Shown here in pieces: positions 61,151-64,000 of a stretch of 64,000 nucleotides of DNA. Source of the DNA: Chloroflexota bacterium (GTDB lineage Bacteria > Chloroflexota > Dehalococcoidia > Lucifugimonadales > Australimonadaceae). Positions within the stretch are counted from its first letter, which is position 1; every line of letters starts with the position of its first letter. A program made the position numbers and the translations under genes. Below the pieces are notes generated by a model. That model saw only the letters and a program-made list of their open reading frames with translations, had not been told where the DNA came from and made no database searches. The DNA lies in assembly GCA_028874795.1 (NCBI GenBank), contig JAPPHT010000008.1, positions 149,181 to 213,180 of the forward strand. The letters run 5' to 3'.

Positions 61151-64000
61151 TTACGCCGCTCCCTCCGCGTCGATGCGGTACACGGTGATGCCGTCCGCCA
61201 CGAAAGCGGCGGACCCGAGCACCGAGAACTTGGGGATACCCGCATCGCCATAGATGGCCCGTTCTCTCGGGCCTACCACTACGTAGTCTACCTTGTGCTT
61301 GCTGAGGAGGCGGGCAGCTGTTTCCGGCTCCTGCGTCTGATAGATGAGGCGCACGTCGCCCTGGCGTTCTTCGAAGTTCGCATTCTCTCCGCTGCGCCAC
61401 TGGCGCTCGTGCCCTTCCCATCCCAGGATGGTGGGCCGTCCCGTAGCGGACGCTATCCGGGCGAGTTCCGGCTTCCAGTCGCTGCAGCCGCCCTGGTTCT
61501 CGGAGCATGGCACGAGCGAACCCTCCAGCACAACGGCGTCCCGTGGCGTATTCGTGCGTACCCACTGGATCGTGTCGTAGTCGGCGGGGGAGTACCGGGT
61601 GAGGTAGGCGGTCCCGTCCAATGTGAAGCGGTCGTCCTGCTCGTCCCTGATGCGGCTGTCCGCCGCGGCCGCAGGGTAGTACGCGGCAGCGATGAAGAGC
61701 ACCACCAGCGTCCCCCGCCAGGCAAGGCTCCCCATCCGGCCCATCGTGCGGTTCAGGTTCCAGCGCACCGTTATGAACCAGACGGAGAAGCCTCCGAGCA
61801 CCGCCAGGAGCAGCCAGGCCTGGTAGTACAGCTTGAAGACGGTGTTCATCCGGCGGAACGGACCGCCTGCCCAGATGTCCACGACGTGAAACAGTTCTGC
61901 CCCCATCACCAGCATGGCGGCGATGGCGAACACGAACAGGCCGGGCACCACCGAGTTCCACTGGGTAGCACGCTCGCGGTTCACCGACTGGCGCATGTTC
62001 TCGCTGTCACGGTGCGCCAGGGTCCATGCGCCGAACAGCGCGAAACCCGCCATGATGGCAAAGGGCACCACCGGCACGAGCCGGTCTATCGCGAGTAGTT
62101 CCCCTCCGGTCCCTCGCTCGCCGCTCACGAAGATGCTGTACCACAGGATGCCTCCGATGATGGCGATGCTTCCTGCGACCAGGGTTACGCGCGGATTGAA
62201 GGCGAAGAGCGCCTCGTCCGCGTGCGGCTGCTTGAACCCCATCTGGTGGAAGGCGAACAGGGTGACGGCGACGAATGCTATGGGGATGCCGAAGACAGGC
62301 TGCATCCACACGAGGACGGGGGAAAAGGCGAGCAGCATGGGGATGCTGAAGCGCAGCAGACTCCAGTTCCCGTGCCTGAACACGTGCCGCATCGACACGA
62401 TGAAGAAGGGGACCGTGAGGATGCCGAGGACTCCCCACGCCAGCACCAGGTGTGCCGGGCGGGTCATCACTCCCTCGACGGGCAGGACGCCCTCCGCCGA
62501 GCTTTCAAACGTGTACAGGAACGGCAGTGCCGCCCCCAGCGACCCGGCTACCAGCAGGGCTGCCGACGCCAGGGCTCGTCCGAACCGCCGCCTTCCCCCG
62601 ATCTTCGTTTCAAGGGTCCACGTCTCCAGCGTTCGATGGAATGAGTAGACCCCGCCCTGTCCTCCGCCGGGGGCGCCCAGCACAACATCGTCGCCGCGTA
62701 TCGCGACCGCGCTGCCGAGCGCCGTGTCGATGCTGGTGTCCTCCGCCGTCAGAGCAGTCTGGAAGCGCCAGCCCCGCGAGGTCTCCTGGAAGACGAAGGC
62801 GCAGCCTGCGTTCGGCGCTGGACCGTTGCCACCCGGCGCTCCCACGGCCAGGTAGTAGTCCTGCAGCGCGACGGCGGAGCCGAACGAGTCCCGCGCCGAC
62901 GGTACAGGGCACCCGAGCGTGGCGATGGGGACCCAGCCCCGGTCCGCCTCGCTGAAGATGGTCACCACTGCGTCGCCGCCCACGGCCAGGCGTCCTGCGT
63001 CCAGCGACAGGCTCCTTCCGAAACGGTTCAGGTCCGTGAAGGAAGGATGTATCGCCGAGGAGTGCGTCCATTCGCCGGAGGTGTTCTTGAAGACGTCCAC
63101 CAGCCAGCCGTCGAAGCTCAGGACTCCACAAGCCAGCAGACCGTCCTCCAGCGCCACCTGGGTGGGCAGGCCGTCCTGTGACGAGGGGTACAGCCGCCCC
63201 ACGAGCGACCAATCGCCTTCTTCGCCCCTGTAGACGTAGACCGCCTCCAGTGAGGCGACCACAACCGTGTTGTCGTATATCGCTACAGACTGGCCGAAGC
63301 CCACGACTCCTTCGTCGTCGTCGGGCTTCAGTGTTGCCGCGTGCGTCCAGCGCTCGTTCTCGAAGGTATAGACCTGTACGAGGCCGCCCATGAAGGCCCT
63401 TGGGGCTCCGACCGCCACCATGTCGCCGTGAGCCGCCACTGATGCCCCGAAATCGGCATCCGTGCCCAACCCTCGCGCTTCGATCCTGTGTTCGAGGCGC
63501 CATCGGTTGCCCTGCTTCGCGTACAACCACGCGGTGTTCAGGTCCTCCTCCGCGCGCGGTCCGCCGCCCGCGCCGATGATGAGGAAACGCTCGGTGAAGG
63601 CCAGGGCCCGGCCGAACTGGACGCGCCGCTCGTTCCGCGCCGCGTTGAGGAATACTGCTCCCACTATCAGCGTCAGGCCCAGTGGAAGGTCCCACAGGTT
63701 GATCGCGCCCGCGCCTCCCACGCTCAGCGCGGTGACGAACACCAGCGGGAAATGCCGCCGCAGCACGTCGCGTTGGGTGAGCCCCGGCCGCAGGTACAGT
63801 TGGACGGCGACGCCCACGATCAGGAGCACGAAGCCGATGGACATGACGTGCGGGTGCATGTCTCCCAGCAGGAAACTGAACGCGGGAAACTCGGTGATCC
63901 CGTTCGGCACGACTCGTGATGCGCGCCACCACCACCAGTATTCGTCCTGGCGCCAGGAGGCGGCGGCCTGGGGGTCCGTATACCACTCAGGGTTGGGCGT
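61151..64000 (-). CDS. DUF2298 / Chlor_Arch_YYY membrane protein with an inserted beta-propeller-like module; 5' end lies beyond the right edge
   Basis: The frame stays open to position 64000: TPNPEWYTDPQAAASWRQDEYWWWWRASRVVPNGITEFPAFSFLLGDMHPH (DUF2298 signature). The M listed in the ORF track at 63910 is an internal GTG. C-terminal …FKLYYQAW…YYPAAAADS…. Confidence 0.7.
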   Translation of the reverse strand, partial: TPNPEWYTDPQAAASWRQDEYWWWWRASRVVPNGITEFPAFSFLLGDMHPHVMSIGFVLLIVGVAVQLYLRPGLTQRDVLRRHFPLVFVTALSVGGAGAINLWDLPLGLTLIVGAVFLNAARNERRVQFGRALAFTERFLIIGAGGGPRAEEDLNTAWLYAKQGNRWRLEHRIEARGLGTDADFGASVAAHGDMVAVGAPRAFMGGLVQVYTFENERWTHAATLKPDDDEGVVGFGQSVAIYDNTVVVASLEAVYVYRGEEGDWSLVGRLYPSSQDGLPTQVALEDGLLACGVLSFDGWLVDVFKNTSGEWTHSSAIHPSFTDLNRFGRSLSLDAGRLAVGGDAVVTIFSEADRGWVPIATLGCPVPSARDSFGSAVALQDYYLAVGAPGGNGPAPNAGCAFVFQETSRGWRFQTALTAEDTSIDTALGSAVAIRGDDVVLGAPGGGQGGVYSFHRTLETWTLETKIGGRRRFGRALASAALLVAGSLGAALPFLYTFESSAEGVLPVEGVMTRPAHLVLAWGVLGILTVPFFIVSMRHVFRHGNWSLLRFSIPMLLAFSPVLVWMQPVFGIPIAFVAVTLFAFHQMGFKQPHADEALFAFNPRVTLVAGSIAIIGGILWYSIFVSGERGTGGELLAIDRLVPVVPFAIMAGFALFGAWTLAHRDSENMRQSVNRERATQWNSVVPGLFVFAIAAMLVMGAELFHVVDIWAGGPFRRMNTVFKLYYQAWLLLAVLGGFSVWFITVRWNLNRTMGRMGSLAWRGTLVVLFIAAAYYPAAAADSRIRDEQDDRFTLDGTAYLTRYSPADYDTIQWVRTNTPRDAVVLEGSLVPCSENQGGCSDWKPELARIASATGRPTILGWEGHERQWRSGENANFEERQGDVRLIYQTQEPETAARLLSKHKVDYVVVGPRERAIYGDAGIPKFSVLGSAAFVADGITVYRIDAEGAA

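Overview
High-GC bacterial chromosomal window, about two-thirds G+C by eye. Its gene content points to a Chloroflexota/Thermomicrobia-like monoderm: lipoproteins with long Pro/Thr linkers and the Chlor_Arch_YYY (DUF2298)/TIGR03663 gene pair. That taxonomic call is inference only. I could support about 65 protein-coding genes. I recognised no rRNA, tRNA, CRISPR array, integrase, transposase or prophage gene.

Gene content, left to right:
- ychF fragment.
- An 11-gene Mbh-type Mrp cation/H+ antiporter operon (289-7974, minus strand).
- A conserved hypothetical gene.
- polA, translationally coupled to an unknown 117-aa gene.
- A tripartite-tricarboxylate-transporter (TTT) locus: three tandem TctC-like lipoprotein binding proteins, an oversized TctA permease, lutABC, an SDR gene and a fourth TctC-like gene (12.4-24.7 kb).
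- An LLM-family oxidoreductase, gmk, aroA and a DUF952 gene.
- A small lower-GC islet (28.2-30.6 kb) with a RelE/ParE-type toxin-antitoxin pair, a YciI-like protein, an M50 protease and a roughly 50% GC lipoprotein gene.
- rsuA-like pseudouridine synthase and orn.
- A 2-hydroxyacid dehydrogenase / TPP enzyme / cupin operon.
- An FN3-OpuAC lipoprotein.
- A Rieske-oxygenase-like protein with degenerate metal ligands, followed by a DUF3052 gene.
- ogg, a PaREP1 (HEPN-like) gene, a DinG-type helicase, a TenA/PqqC-like protein, a PD-(D/E)XK-like protein and cca.
- A six-fold internally repeated membrane protein.
- A pth / lipoprotein metalloprotease / anchored-protein operon.
- ligA and an MFS transporter.
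- A four-gene, translationally coupled envelope operon at the right edge: DUF2298/YYY protein, TIGR03663 GT-C-like protein, flippase-like protein and FAD oxidoreductase.

Most notable signals:
1. The YYY/GT-C operon, whose first gene carries a roughly 335-aa FG-GAP-like beta-propeller insertion.
2. The Rieske-like protein lacks one Rieske His and both catalytic His residues. Upstream of it sit four copies of a 9-bp motif.
3. A family of modular hairpin (REP-like) repeats fills six intergenic regions. One copy is inserted in frame inside dinG.
4. An extended -10 motif TG(C/G)TAnnnT recurs upstream of genes. In four cases it lies 6-9 nt from the start codon, which implies leaderless mRNAs.
5. 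A 100%-identical tract of about 308 nt is shared by two tandem TctC-like paralogs.

All functional calls come from motif and family recognition by eye. No database search was run.
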